From Clostridiales bacterium (lineage in GTDB: Bacteria > Bacillota > Clostridia > Christensenellales > Borkfalkiaceae), in assembly GCA_015069295.1 (NCBI GenBank), contig SVIW01000002.1, positions 14,753 to 78,752 on the forward strand: a stretch of 64,000 nucleotides of DNA. Direction: 5' to 3'. The position numbers and the translations under genes were made by a program. The notes below the pieces were generated by a model. That model worked only from the letters and a program-made list of their open reading frames with translations. It was not told where the DNA came from and searched no databases. Below are positions 38,047-46,834 of this stretch, piece by piece. Within the stretch, counting starts at the first letter, position 1. Each line of letters starts with the position of its first letter.

Positions 38047-39060
38047 ATGGAAGAAAAGCAGGGCATTACGACAATGGAAGAACAGCTTCCTAAAAAAATA
38101 ACCAAACAGGATACCGCCATTGAGGAAAACAATCGCCGCAGAAAAATCGAACTGTACGTGCGCGCGGTACTTTTTACCGCCCTTTCCTCACTTTTGATTG
38201 CCTTTGCGGCGTATTCGCTGATTACTCCCCACGACTTTACCATCGGCGGGGCGAGCGGTATCGCCATCTTGGTAAACGTTGCCACAAACGGTACCGTTCC
38301 GCAAAGTGTCCTCGTCTTCGGGTTGAACTTTCCCCTCGTCGTTTTGGCGTTTTTCTTCGTTCGACGGAAATTTGCCATTTTGTCTGCGCTCAATATCGGC
38401 TTACAGACCCTTTGGCTGTTTTTAATCGAACTCGTATTGCCCGATTTTGAAATCGTATTTTCCACCGAGCATCTCGAACTGTCCAAACTGTTTGCGGCAT
38501 TGGCGTCGGGCGTTTGCATCGGCGTAGCGATTGCGCTTGCGTTTAAAGCGGGCGGCAGTACGGGCGGCGCGGATATCCTTGCCGTTATTATCCAGAAAAA
38601 ATTCAGAGCAACCTCGATCGCTTGGATGATTTTTATCATTAACTGCGTCGTTATCGGCTCGTCCGTGTTCGTCTTTAAGGTTTACGACAACGGAAAGCTG
38701 CACCTTGGTATGACCTTGCTGCCCATCGTCTTGTCCGTCTTCGAATCGTATATAGAAAGCAAAACCAACGAATCGATGACCAACGGCTTCCAATCGGCAA
38801 TTGAGTTCCGTATCATCACGGAAAAGCCCGAAGAGATGTCCTTAGCGTTGATGAAAGAGCTTTCCCGCGGCGTTACGGCAATCCCCGCGACGGGTATGTA
38901 TACCAAAATTTCCAAAACGATGCTCGTTTGCGTAATCAGCAGAAGACAGGTGGCAACCTTGCGCCGCATTATGAAAACGGTCGACCCCGACTCGTTTGCG
39001 GTTATGTCGAAGGTGTCGCAGGTTTTGGGTTTCGGCTTTTACACCGCCGACGAACATTAA
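38047..39060 (+). CDS. YitT-family membrane protein (C-terminal DUF2179 domain)
   Basis: 337 aa. TM region with GGASGIAILV, and a soluble C-terminal domain VTAIPATGMYTKISKTMLVCVISRRQVATLRRIMKTVDPDSF. Confidence 0.83.
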   Translation: MEEKQGITTMEEQLPKKITKQDTAIEENNRRRKIELYVRAVLFTALSSLLIAFAAYSLITPHDFTIGGASGIAILVNVATNGTVPQSVLVFGLNFPLVVLAFFFVRRKFAILSALNIGLQTLWLFLIELVLPDFEIVFSTEHLELSKLFAALASGVCIGVAIALAFKAGGSTGGADILAVIIQKKFRATSIAWMIFIINCVVIGSSVFVFKVYDNGKLHLGMTLLPIVLSVFESYIESKTNESMTNGFQSAIEFRIITEKPEEMSLALMKELSRGVTAIPATGMYTKISKTMLVCVISRRQVATLRRIMKTVDPDSFAVMSKVSQVLGFGFYTADEH

Positions 39061-39139
39061 GCTTAAACCCCTTGAAAATAAAGACTTTCCCCTATTTTTC
39101 ACCGGCAAAACCAGAATTTTAGAAAAAATACCTGTAAAT

Positions 39140-39184
39140 CGCGAAAAAACCCTTATTTTTAAAGGGTTTTCGCGATTTTTTTTG
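39140..39184 (+). terminator. Intrinsic terminator after the yitT-like gene
   Basis: cgcgaaaaaaccctt / aagggttttcgcg stem (2-nt bulge) followed by atttttttt. Confidence 0.65.
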
Positions 39185-39194
39185 TTTCTACCCC

Positions 39195-39223
39195 TTGACA
39201 AAACCTTCCATATGCGATATAAT
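39195..39223 (+). promoter_or_regulatory. Consensus sigma-A promoter of hup
   Basis: TTGACA (39195-39200), 17 nt, TATAAT (39218-39223). Confidence 0.65.
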
Positions 39224-39281
39224 AAAATTACTTAAAAAAACAGCACGTTTTTAAGAAATTATTTTTAAAGGGGATTCTCTA

Positions 39282-39557
39282 ATGAACAAAGGCGAATTGA
39301 TTAAAGCAATGGCAGAAAAAGCAGGTTTCACGAACAAAGACGCAGCGATCGCGTACGACGCACTCGTTGATACGATTACGGAAGCATTGAAGGCTGGCGA
39401 AAAGGTACAGCTCGTTGGTTTCGGTACGTTTGAAGTTAAAGAAGTAGCGGCTAAGACCGGTATCAACCCTCAGACGAAAGCTCCCGTTGAAATTCCCGCT
39501 TGCAAGAAGCCCGTTATGAAATTCGGTAAAGCTTACAAGGACATGATCAACAACTAA
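39282..39557 (+). CDS. hup: HU-family DNA-binding protein
   Basis: 91 aa. MNKGELIKAMAEKAGFTNKDA...VQLVGFGTFEVKEVAAKTGINPQTK is canonical HU. Confidence 0.94.
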   Translation: MNKGELIKAMAEKAGFTNKDAAIAYDALVDTITEALKAGEKVQLVGFGTFEVKEVAAKTGINPQTKAPVEIPACKKPVMKFGKAYKDMINN

Positions 39558-39570
39558 GTTTTGCAAACCA

Positions 39571-39601
39571 AAAAAGCCGAGGACAAGCCTCGGCTTTTTT
39601 T
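39571..39601 (+). terminator. Intrinsic terminator after hup
   Basis: aaaaagccgagg-acaa-cctcggcttttttt. Confidence 0.85.
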
Positions 39602-39613
39602 CTTTGCGTTTTA

Positions 39614-39648
39614 AAAAAGCGTTTTTCCTAACGGAAAAACGCTTTTTT
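39614..39648. terminator. Second, bidirectional terminator (also serves trpS on the minus strand)
   Basis: gcgtttttcc / ggaaaaacgc stem with loop taac, flanked by an A-run and a T-run. Confidence 0.75.
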
Positions 39649-39650
39649 GC

Positions 39651-40694
39651 TTATTCAAAATAATTGATTTTCATCGCGCGTTTGACTTCGGCAAGCGTCT
39701 CCGCCGCCGCCTTCCTCGCCTCTTCGCTGCCCTTTTTCAGCATCTCCCAAACGGCGGGAATGTCTTTTGCAAGCTCTTCTCTTCTCGCGCGGATAGGCTC
39801 TAACACCTCTTGCATAACGGCGTTAAGGAATTTCTTTACTTTCATATCCCCCAAACCACCCCGCTCGTAATGCGCTTTCAGCTCGGCAAGGTTGGCGTAT
39901 TCGGGCAGATACTTTGCAAAATGCTCGTCCGTGGAAAATGCGTCAAGATAAATAAAGGTCGGGTTATTTTTCGTGTCGCCGGGGTCGGTTACCTTGATAT
40001 GGTTGGGGTCGGTGTACATTCCCATTACCTTGCGCTTGATTTCGTCCGCGCTGTCCGAAAGGTAGATACAGTTCCCAAGCGATTTACTCATTTTCGCCAT
40101 ACCGTCCGTACCGGGCAGGCGCAAGCAGGACTTGTTTTCAGGCAGCACCGCTTTCGGCTCGATAAGGGTTTCCCCGTACAGCCCGTTAAAGCTTCTGACG
40201 ATCTCGCGCGCCTGCTCTAACATAGGCAGCTGATCCTCGCCCACGGGTACCGTGTTCGCCTTGAACGCCGTAATGTCCGCCGTCTGCGATACGGGATAGG
40301 TCAAAAAGCCCATCGGAATAGAAGTTTCAAAATTCTTCTGTTTCATCTCCGTCTTGACGGTCGGGTTGCGTTCCAGTCTCGACAGCGTTACGAGGTTCAT
40401 ATAATAGAACGTAAGCTCGGTCAACTGTTCGACGTGGGACTGCACGAAAATCGTCGATTTTTGAGGGTCTAACCCGCAAGCGAGATAATCGAGCGCCACC
40501 TCGGTAATATTTGCGCGCACCTTTTCGGGATTGTCGAAATTGTCCGTAAGCGCCTGCGCGTCCGCAATCATAATGTAAATTTTATCGAATTTACCGCTGT
40601 TTTGCAGCTCTACGCGGCGTTTGAGCGACCCGACGTAATGCCCGATATGCAATTTCCCCGAAGGACGATCCCCCGTCAGAATAATGTTTTTCAT
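39651..40694 (-). CDS. trpS: Tryptophan--tRNA ligase
   Basis: 347 aa. [16 protein letters not shown] (HIGH) and KMSKS motifs. Confidence 0.95.
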   Translation of the reverse strand: MKNIILTGDRPSGKLHIGHYVGSLKRRVELQNSGKFDKIYIMIADAQALTDNFDNPEKVRANITEVALDYLACGLDPQKSTIFVQSHVEQLTELTFYYMNLVTLSRLERNPTVKTEMKQKNFETSIPMGFLTYPVSQTADITAFKANTVPVGEDQLPMLEQAREIVRSFNGLYGETLIEPKAVLPENKSCLRLPGTDGMAKMSKSLGNCIYLSDSADEIKRKVMGMYTDPNHIKVTDPGDTKNNPTFIYLDAFSTDEHFAKYLPEYANLAELKAHYERGGLGDMKVKKFLNAVMQEVLEPIRARREELAKDIPAVWEMLKKGSEEARKAAAETLAEVKRAMKINYFE

Positions 40695-40891
40695 AGCCTT
40701 TCACCTTGTTCTTTACATAATTTTACGACCTCTCCGCATACTGAAAGTATGAAACGGAAACGTCTTTTTCTTTTGGCGCTGTTTTTCGTCTGCGCCGTCG
40801 GTTTATTGATTGCCACAACGGGAGTCGCCGAGGATATCCGCGCCCCCTTGCCCAACACGAAAAGCGTGCGGATTTTACCCCGCGCAAGACG

Positions 40892-41554
40892 TTATTTCGC
40901 GCCGTACGTGTTGCGGTAATTATACATTGCCGCCAAATGTTCTTTGCCGTCTACGACGCCCTTTTCAATCGCTTCGATGATATCGTCCATCGTAACGACG
41001 GAGTACACGTCGATCCCGAATTCTTTCTTTGCTTCGGAGACTGCCGACAAATCGCTGGTAAGCCCTTTTTCTCTGCGGTCTACGGAGATAATCATACCGA
41101 CGACTTCAACCTTTGCCGCCGCTTCTAATTTAGGTAAAATTTCGCGAAGAGCTTTCCCGCTCGTCATAACGTCTTCGATAATGATAACTTTTTCGCCGTC
41201 TTGAAGCTGTTTGCCAACGAACAAACCGCCCTCGCCGTGGTCCTTTACTTCTTTACGGTCAAAGCAATAGTTGATCTCCTCTTCGTAGTTTTTATACAGC
41301 GCAATCGCCGTTGCAACGGAAAGAGGAATCCCCTTATACGCAGGCCCTACCAAAGTGTCTGCCTTTAAGCCGTTGTCGTGGATACAAGCCGCGTAATATT
41401 CGCCGAGCTTTGCCAGCTGCTTGCCCGTCTTATAGTTGCCCGTGTTGATAAAATAGGGCGCGAGTCTGCCGCTCTTTAAGGTAAACTGCCCAAACTTCAA
41501 AACGCCGTTGTCTACCATAAAGCGGATAAATTCTTCTTTGTACGTATATTGCAT
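40892..41554 (-). CDS. pyrE: Orotate phosphoribosyltransferase
   Basis: 220 aa. PRPP-binding loop VIIIEDVMTSG. Located in the pyr operon. Confidence 0.92.
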   Translation of the reverse strand: MQYTYKEEFIRFMVDNGVLKFGQFTLKSGRLAPYFINTGNYKTGKQLAKLGEYYAACIHDNGLKADTLVGPAYKGIPLSVATAIALYKNYEEEINYCFDRKEVKDHGEGGLFVGKQLQDGEKVIIIEDVMTSGKALREILPKLEAAAKVEVVGMIISVDRREKGLTSDLSAVSEAKKEFGIDVYSVVTMDDIIEAIEKGVVDGKEHLAAMYNYRNTYGAK

Positions 41555-41586
41555 AATCTTTCTCCTTAAGCGCCTCCGCGCTTTTT

Positions 41587-42504
41587 TTATTTTCCGTTGA
41601 GTTGCAAAACGCCCGTCAGCTCGGACACGTTTGCGATATCGTGCTTATCGCACCAAGCGTTGAGCCCGTCGATAATCTTAGGCATCGCGTACGGGTCGGT
41701 AAAGTTTGCCGTCCCTACCTGTACCGCCGTTGCGCCCGCCATCAAAAACTCGATAGCATCTTCCGCGCAAGTGATACCGCCCATCCCGATAACGGGGATT
41801 TTTACCGCTTGCGAAACTTCGTAGGTCATACGCACCGCAACGGGTTTTATCCCCGCGCCCGAAACGCCGCCCGTGTTGTTGGCGATAATCGGTCTTCTGC
41901 GCTCGATATCAATCGCCATACCCGTCAAAGTATTGATTAAAGAAACGCAGTCCGCGCCCCCGTTTTCCGCTGCTTTTGCGTTGGTGGCGATGCTTTCGAC
42001 GTTGGGGGAAAGCTTGACGATCAGCGGGGTGGTTTTTAAGAATTTTTTCGCCGCCGCCGTTACCGCCTCGACCGATTCGGGTTTAATGCCGAACGCCATA
42101 CCCCCGCTCTTTACGTTGGGGCAGGAAATATTGAGTTCGATCATATCCACCAACCCGTCCAAACGCGCGCAGATCTTCGTATAATCGTCCAAAGTCTTAC
42201 CCGCGACGTTGGCAATTACGCAAGTGCCCGTGCTTTTCAGCCAAGCAAGGTCGTTTTCAATAAAATGCTCGACGCCGGGGTTTTGCAATCCGACGGCGTT
42301 GAGGATAACTCCGCGCGATTCCGCGATACGGGGAACGGGGTTCCCCAAACGGGGTTCTAAGGTCAACCCCTTGGTCGATACGCCGCCGATTTTGCCGATA
42401 TCGTACAGTTCGTTAAATTCTCTCCCAAACCCGTACGTTCCCGACGCGGCAATGACGGGGTTTTTCAAAGTTACTCCACAAAGATTTACCGATAAATTCG
42501 CCAT
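41587..42504 (-). CDS. pyrD: Dihydroorotate dehydrogenase (class 1B) catalytic subunit
   Basis: 305 aa. NPVIAASGTYGFG, ELNISCPNV and GGISGAGIKP-type motifs. It follows pyrK. Confidence 0.93.
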   Translation of the reverse strand: MANLSVNLCGVTLKNPVIAASGTYGFGREFNELYDIGKIGGVSTKGLTLEPRLGNPVPRIAESRGVILNAVGLQNPGVEHFIENDLAWLKSTGTCVIANVAGKTLDDYTKICARLDGLVDMIELNISCPNVKSGGMAFGIKPESVEAVTAAAKKFLKTTPLIVKLSPNVESIATNAKAAENGGADCVSLINTLTGMAIDIERRRPIIANNTGGVSGAGIKPVAVRMTYEVSQAVKIPVIGMGGITCAEDAIEFLMAGATAVQVGTANFTDPYAMPKIIDGLNAWCDKHDIANVSELTGVLQLNGK

Positions 42505-42516
42505 ATCTGCATCTCC

Positions 42517-43272
42517 TTATAAGGTTACTTCTTCCGCGTTGAACACGGGTCCGTCTTTACATACGCGCGCACGCTTGCCGTTCGTCAAATCGCAAACGCA
42601 GACAAGGCAAGCGCCGATACCACAACCCATACGTTCTTCTAAAGACACGTAGCAGGGTAAATTTTCCTTTTGCACCAACGCTTTCAAGGCGCGAAGCATC
42701 GGCGTAGGTCCGCAAGCCAATACGACGTCGGGGCGGTTGCCTTTTTCTAAATCCGCTTGGAAAGCTTGTACGGCGTTCATCTGCGCGCCGTAGCTGCCGT
42801 CGTCGGTAACGGCGATAAATTTTTGCGCTTTGGCAAATTCTTCCACGCCGCAAACCGCGCCTTTATTGCGATACCCGATATACGCGGCGATCTCTTTTTC
42901 CGCCGCATACTGACGGAGCACGGAGATAAGCGGGAACACGCCGACGCCGCCGCCGACGAGCGCGACTTTCTTTTCCGTTTCCTCGACGTAAAAACCGTTA
43001 CCGAGCGGCATCAACACGTTTAAACGCGTACCTGCCTCTACGGTTTTTAATTTCTGCGTACCCTCGCCCTTGATTTGGTAGCAAAAAGTAACCTCTCTGC
43101 CCTCCACTTTACAAATGGCAATCGGACGGCGCAAAAGATGGGTGCCGCCGACGGAAATGTTACCAAACTGACCGCAGCGAACGGCGATATCTTCGTCCAA
43201 CGCAAAGGTGATTGCGTGGATATTTTCCGCGATTTTTTCGTTTTTTACAACGGTTGCGATATAATCTTTCAT
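42517..43272 (-). CDS. pyrK: Dihydroorotate dehydrogenase electron-transfer subunit
   Basis: FNR-like fold plus a C-terminal 2Fe-2S motif CGIGACLVCVC...C. ATG at 43272 is preferred; the track start at 43296 is a TTG lying inside pyrF. Confidence 0.9.
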   Translation of the reverse strand: MKDYIATVVKNEKIAENIHAITFALDEDIAVRCGQFGNISVGGTHLLRRPIAICKVEGREVTFCYQIKGEGTQKLKTVEAGTRLNVLMPLGNGFYVEETEKKVALVGGGVGVFPLISVLRQYAAEKEIAAYIGYRNKGAVCGVEEFAKAQKFIAVTDDGSYGAQMNAVQAFQADLEKGNRPDVVLACGPTPMLRALKALVQKENLPCYVSLEERMGCGIGACLVCVCDLTNGKRARVCKDGPVFNAEEVTL

Positions 43273-43276
43273 CTTT

Positions 43277-44185
43277 TTATTTTCCCATTTTTCCAATTAC
43301 GGAGCTAAGGTCCTTCTGCATTGCGATACACGCCGCGCGCGCCGCCTCCGTATACGTGCCGCCGTTTTTCTTGTACGCACACAAAATCCCGCGGGAGTTA
43401 TTGACCACCCCGCCCAATCCGTCTGCGCCAAAGCAGCTTTTCAACATTTCCGCGTTACCGCCCTGCGCGCCGTAGCCAGGGATCAAGAAGAAGGTGTGCG
43501 GCAATACTTCTCTAAGCCGAGCCGCTTCGGTAGGATGGGTTGCGCCTACGACCGCGCCGACTGCCGAATAGCCGTACTTGCCGACCGTGCTTTCCCCCCA
43601 TTTTTCCACCAAGCCGCCGACGTATTCGTACATAGGCACGCCGTTTTCCAAAACCATATTTTGGATTTCCGCGCCCGAAGGGTTGGAGGTTTTTACCAAC
43701 ACGAAAATCCCCTTATCGTTCTTTTCACACTGTTCTACGAAGGGCAAAATCCCGTCCGAACCAAGATACCCGTTGACGGTTACGTAATCGGAAGGGAACG
43801 CGGCAATCGAATTTTCGTTGACCTGCGTTTCCCCTAAAAACGCCTTTGCATAGCAGGACGCCGTCGAGCCGATGTCGTTGCGCTTTGCGTCCGCAATGAC
43901 GACCAAGCCTTTTTCCGCCGCGTATTTCAAGGTTTCGTAATACGCTTTCATCCCCGCTACGCCGTACATTTCATAGTACGCGATTTGCACCTTGACCGAG
44001 GGTACGATATCGCAAATGCTGTCGACGAGGTTTTTGTTAAATTCAAGCACTCTTTCCGCTACGTCCTCAAAGGTCTTTGCCCCCGCCTTCATATCGTCAG
44101 GCAAATAATCGAACAGAGTATCCAAGCCTACGCAGGTAGGGTTTTGCATTGCAATAATACCGTCAATAAGTTTATCCGTAATCAT
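43277..44185 (-). CDS. pyrF: Orotidine 5'-phosphate decarboxylase (long, type 2)
   Basis: 302 aa. VGLDTLFDYLP, DAKRNDIGST and PGYGAQGG motifs. Confidence 0.9.
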   Translation of the reverse strand: MITDKLIDGIIAMQNPTCVGLDTLFDYLPDDMKAGAKTFEDVAERVLEFNKNLVDSICDIVPSVKVQIAYYEMYGVAGMKAYYETLKYAAEKGLVVIADAKRNDIGSTASCYAKAFLGETQVNENSIAAFPSDYVTVNGYLGSDGILPFVEQCEKNDKGIFVLVKTSNPSGAEIQNMVLENGVPMYEYVGGLVEKWGESTVGKYGYSAVGAVVGATHPTEAARLREVLPHTFFLIPGYGAQGGNAEMLKSCFGADGLGGVVNNSRGILCAYKKNGGTYTEAARAACIAMQKDLSSVIGKMGK

Positions 44186-44236
44186 ATATTTCCTCGCTAT
44201 GTTTTTTATCTCAATTTGTTTCCGTTCTAAAACGCC

Positions 44237-44434
44237 GTAGTTGCAAGCAGTTCAAGAAGAAGGAGATTTTCGACGGGGCGCGTACAACTAGTACGTAACC
44301 GCTCGGTTTCACGAAACGGGTTAGATACAAGCAGTTCAAGGAAGGCGCGGATTTCCCGACGGGAGTTTACTGCGCGTAAACGAGCAAGGGAAAACGCAAG
44401 CCTGACGATGAAATGCGACGTATATAACACGTTT
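44237..44434. repeat. Mosaic intergenic repeat, copy B (modules H'-M-H-unique-T) in the pyrC-pyrF spacer
   Basis: Shares three near-identical modules with 35785-35894. It also contains two diverged internal units, each ending in a small hairpin. Confidence 0.8.
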
Positions 44435-44451
44435 CTTAGAAATACGGCGTC

Positions 44452-45714
44452 TTACGCCTGATACTTAATTTCGCCGTCTACAAGCGTATATTTTACTGCG
44501 CCGTAAAGCTTTTGTCCGCCGAACGGGTTGTTCTTGCCCTTGCTGACGAATTTTTCGGGCTCGATAACCCATTCTTCGTCCAAATCGGCAATCGTCAAAT
44601 CGGCAACGCCGCCCTCTTTGATTTCGCCGCCGTCAAGCCCCAAAATCTGCGCGGGGGCGTAGGACATCTTTTCCGCGATCTCGTTAAGAGTCAGCACGCC
44701 TGCCTTGTAAAGGTAGGTAATGGCAAACCCGAACGAAGTTTCAATACCGCTAATCCCGAACGCCGCCAAATTGTATTCGACGTTTTTATCGTCTGCGTGA
44801 TGGGGCGCGTGGTCGGTTACGATACAATCGAGCGTACCGTCTTTCAAGCCCTGCAAAATCGCTTGCTTGTCAATTTCTTCACGAATGGGAGGGTTGACCT
44901 TCGTGTTCGTGTCGTAGCCTTTGATAATTTCGTCCGTAAACGCATAATAATGGGGGCAGGTTTCCGCCGTTACTTTGATGCCCGCCCGCTTTGCATCGCG
45001 AATCATACGCACGCCGCTATACGTCGAAACGTGGCAGATATGCACGGGCGTATCCAACGTTTCCGCCAGCGAAATTTCTCTGGCGATGATAACGTCTTCC
45101 GCCGCACGGGGAATCCCTTTCAAGCCCGCAATCGTCGCGCTCAAGCCCTCGTGTACCGAGCCGCCGTCTACGAGGTCTTTATCCTCGCAGTGGCAAAGGC
45201 ATTTGATATCAAAACCCTTTGCGTACTCCATCGCAAGGCGCATAAGTCGCGCGTTCTTTACCGCTACGCCGTCGTCGGAAATCGCGACCGCGCCCGCCTT
45301 TTTCATACCGGCAATCGCTGCCATTTCCTCCCCTTTCAAGCCTTTCGTAATCGCGCCGATGGGGTGTACTTTGCAAAGGTTTACTTCCTTTGCGCGCGCC
45401 TTGATGTAGGTAACGACTACTTTGTTATCCGTTACGGGATTGGTATTAGGCATACAGCAAATCTGCGTAAAACCGCCCTTTACCGCCGCTTTTGAACCGC
45501 TTTCGATATCCTCTTTCTTTTCAAAACCCGGTTCTCTCAAATGCACGTGCATATCGATAAGCCCGGGGAAAACGTGCTTGCCGCAAGCATCGATTTCTTT
45601 TTCGCCGTTTGCGGGAATATAATCGGCAATCTTTACGATTTTACCCTCTTGCACGAGAATATCTTTCTTCTCTACGGAATTTTTTAAAACTACGTTGCCG
45701 TTTCTGATAATCAT
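44452..45714 (-). CDS. pyrC: Dihydroorotase
   Basis: 420 aa. GLIDMHVHLREPG metal-binding motif and DHAPH. Its start overlaps the pyrB stop (ATGA). Confidence 0.93.
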   Translation of the reverse strand: MIIRNGNVVLKNSVEKKDILVQEGKIVKIADYIPANGEKEIDACGKHVFPGLIDMHVHLREPGFEKKEDIESGSKAAVKGGFTQICCMPNTNPVTDNKVVVTYIKARAKEVNLCKVHPIGAITKGLKGEEMAAIAGMKKAGAVAISDDGVAVKNARLMRLAMEYAKGFDIKCLCHCEDKDLVDGGSVHEGLSATIAGLKGIPRAAEDVIIAREISLAETLDTPVHICHVSTYSGVRMIRDAKRAGIKVTAETCPHYYAFTDEIIKGYDTNTKVNPPIREEIDKQAILQGLKDGTLDCIVTDHAPHHADDKNVEYNLAAFGISGIETSFGFAITYLYKAGVLTLNEIAEKMSYAPAQILGLDGGEIKEGGVADLTIADLDEEWVIEPEKFVSKGKNNPFGGQKLYGAVKYTLVDGEIKYQA

Positions 45715-46658
45715 TGTTTATTCCCTCCGTTTTTTTGATATTCTCTGTATTCGTTGAGCAGAGTCAATACCGCCATACGCACGGCTACGCCCGAAAGCAC
45801 CTGATCTTCGATACGGCTTTGCTCGTGGTCGATAACCCCGCTCGTCAATTCCACACCGCGATTCACTGGGCCGGGGTGCAAAACGATCGCGTTCGGTTTT
45901 GCAAGTGCAAGCAGTTTTTCGTCTACGCCGTAGTTCGCCGCGTATTCGCCAAGCGAAGGGAAGTTCCCCGCCTGCTGACGTTCAAGCTGAATTCGAAGCC
46001 CCATCACGACGTCCGCGTTATCAAGCGCTTCTTCTCTCGACGAGCAAATCTTTGCGCCCAGCTTGTCCAGCCCCGTAGGAATTAAGGTTTGCGGCGCGTA
46101 CATATACACTTCCGCGCCCATCGTTTTCAATGCGAAAAGGTTAGATTTTGCCACGCGCGAATGTTTGATATCTCCCAAAATCGCTACTTTCAGTCCCTTT
46201 AACGTACCGAAGTGTTCGCGCATCGTCAGCATATCGAGAAGGGCTTGCGTGGGGTGTTCGTTGATACCGTCCCCTGCGTTTAATACGCCCGCCCTGACCG
46301 TCTTTGCCAAAAGATAGGGCGCGCCGCCCATCGGATGGCGCATAATGATGAAATCGTTTTTCTGCGCGTCCAAGGTCTTGCCCGTATCGACGAGAGTTTC
46401 CCCTTTTGCCACGGAAGAATTCCCCGCGACGATATTGATCGTCGTTGCGCCGAGATATTTCGCCGCCTGTTCGAAACTCGTCCGAGTTCTCGTGCTGTTT
46501 TCATAAAAAAGAACGGTTACCGTCTTGCCTTCCAAATAGGACATTTTCTTTTCGCCCTGCTTGATGCGATCTTTATACTGCTGCGCAAGGTCGAGAATGG
46601 CGGTAATCTCTTCCGCCGTTGCGTCAATAAGCCCCAACAAATCTTTTCTTTCGAGCAT
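45711..46658 (-). CDS. pyrB: Aspartate carbamoyltransferase catalytic subunit
   Basis: 315 aa. ENSTRTRTSFE, HPTQAL and HPGPVNRG motifs. Confidence 0.95.
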   Translation of the reverse strand: MLERKDLLGLIDATAEEITAILDLAQQYKDRIKQGEKKMSYLEGKTVTVLFYENSTRTRTSFEQAAKYLGATTINIVAGNSSVAKGETLVDTGKTLDAQKNDFIIMRHPMGGAPYLLAKTVRAGVLNAGDGINEHPTQALLDMLTMREHFGTLKGLKVAILGDIKHSRVAKSNLFALKTMGAEVYMYAPQTLIPTGLDKLGAKICSSREEALDNADVVMGLRIQLERQQAGNFPSLGEYAANYGVDEKLLALAKPNAIVLHPGPVNRGVELTSGVIDHEQSRIEDQVLSGVAVRMAVLTLLNEYREYQKNGGNKQ

Positions 46659-46690
46659 ATAGTTCTCCTTTGTCCGTTGTATACGACGTT

Positions 46691-46723
46691 AAAAAAAACG
46701 CCTTGAAACGAAACGTTCAAGAC
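46691..46723 (-). promoter_or_regulatory. Terminator hairpin inside the pyrB leader (candidate transcription attenuator)
   Basis: Minus strand: GTCTTGAA-CGTTTCGT-TTCAAGGC followed by GTTTTTTTT. It lies between the promoter at 46760-46788 and the pyrB RBS. Confidence 0.5.
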
Positions 46724-46759
46724 GCAGTTAGCCGATTATTGTTTCGCTTACCAACTGTT

Positions 46760-46788
46760 ATTATACCACTTTTTTTCAGCGTTGTAAA
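46760..46788 (-). promoter_or_regulatory. Sigma-A promoter of the pyr operon
   Basis: Minus strand: TTTACA (46788-46783), 17 nt, TATAAT (46765-46760), preceded by TGG (extended -10). Confidence 0.55.
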
Positions 46789-46834
46789 GAGTTCGGAAAG
46801 CACTTTTTCTCTCTTTTTTAAAGAAAAGTAAAAA

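Noticed and set aside
37373-38639. Minus-strand ORFs of 190 aa (37373-37945) and 203 aa (38028-38639)
   Set aside because: They are antisense to rplI and the yitT-like gene, with low-complexity products and no RBS.
44227-44430. 67-aa minus-strand ORF inside repeat copy B; a 34-codon counterpart starts at the same GTG in copy A
   Set aside because: There is no Shine-Dalgarno. The two copies differ by large indels that change the product, and conservation tracks nucleotide modules rather than a reading frame.
44186-44451. PyrR binding loops or an attenuator in the pyrC-pyrF spacer
   Set aside because: There is no UCCAGAGAGG-like motif and no terminator with a U-tract. The same modules also occur next to a non-pyr gene.
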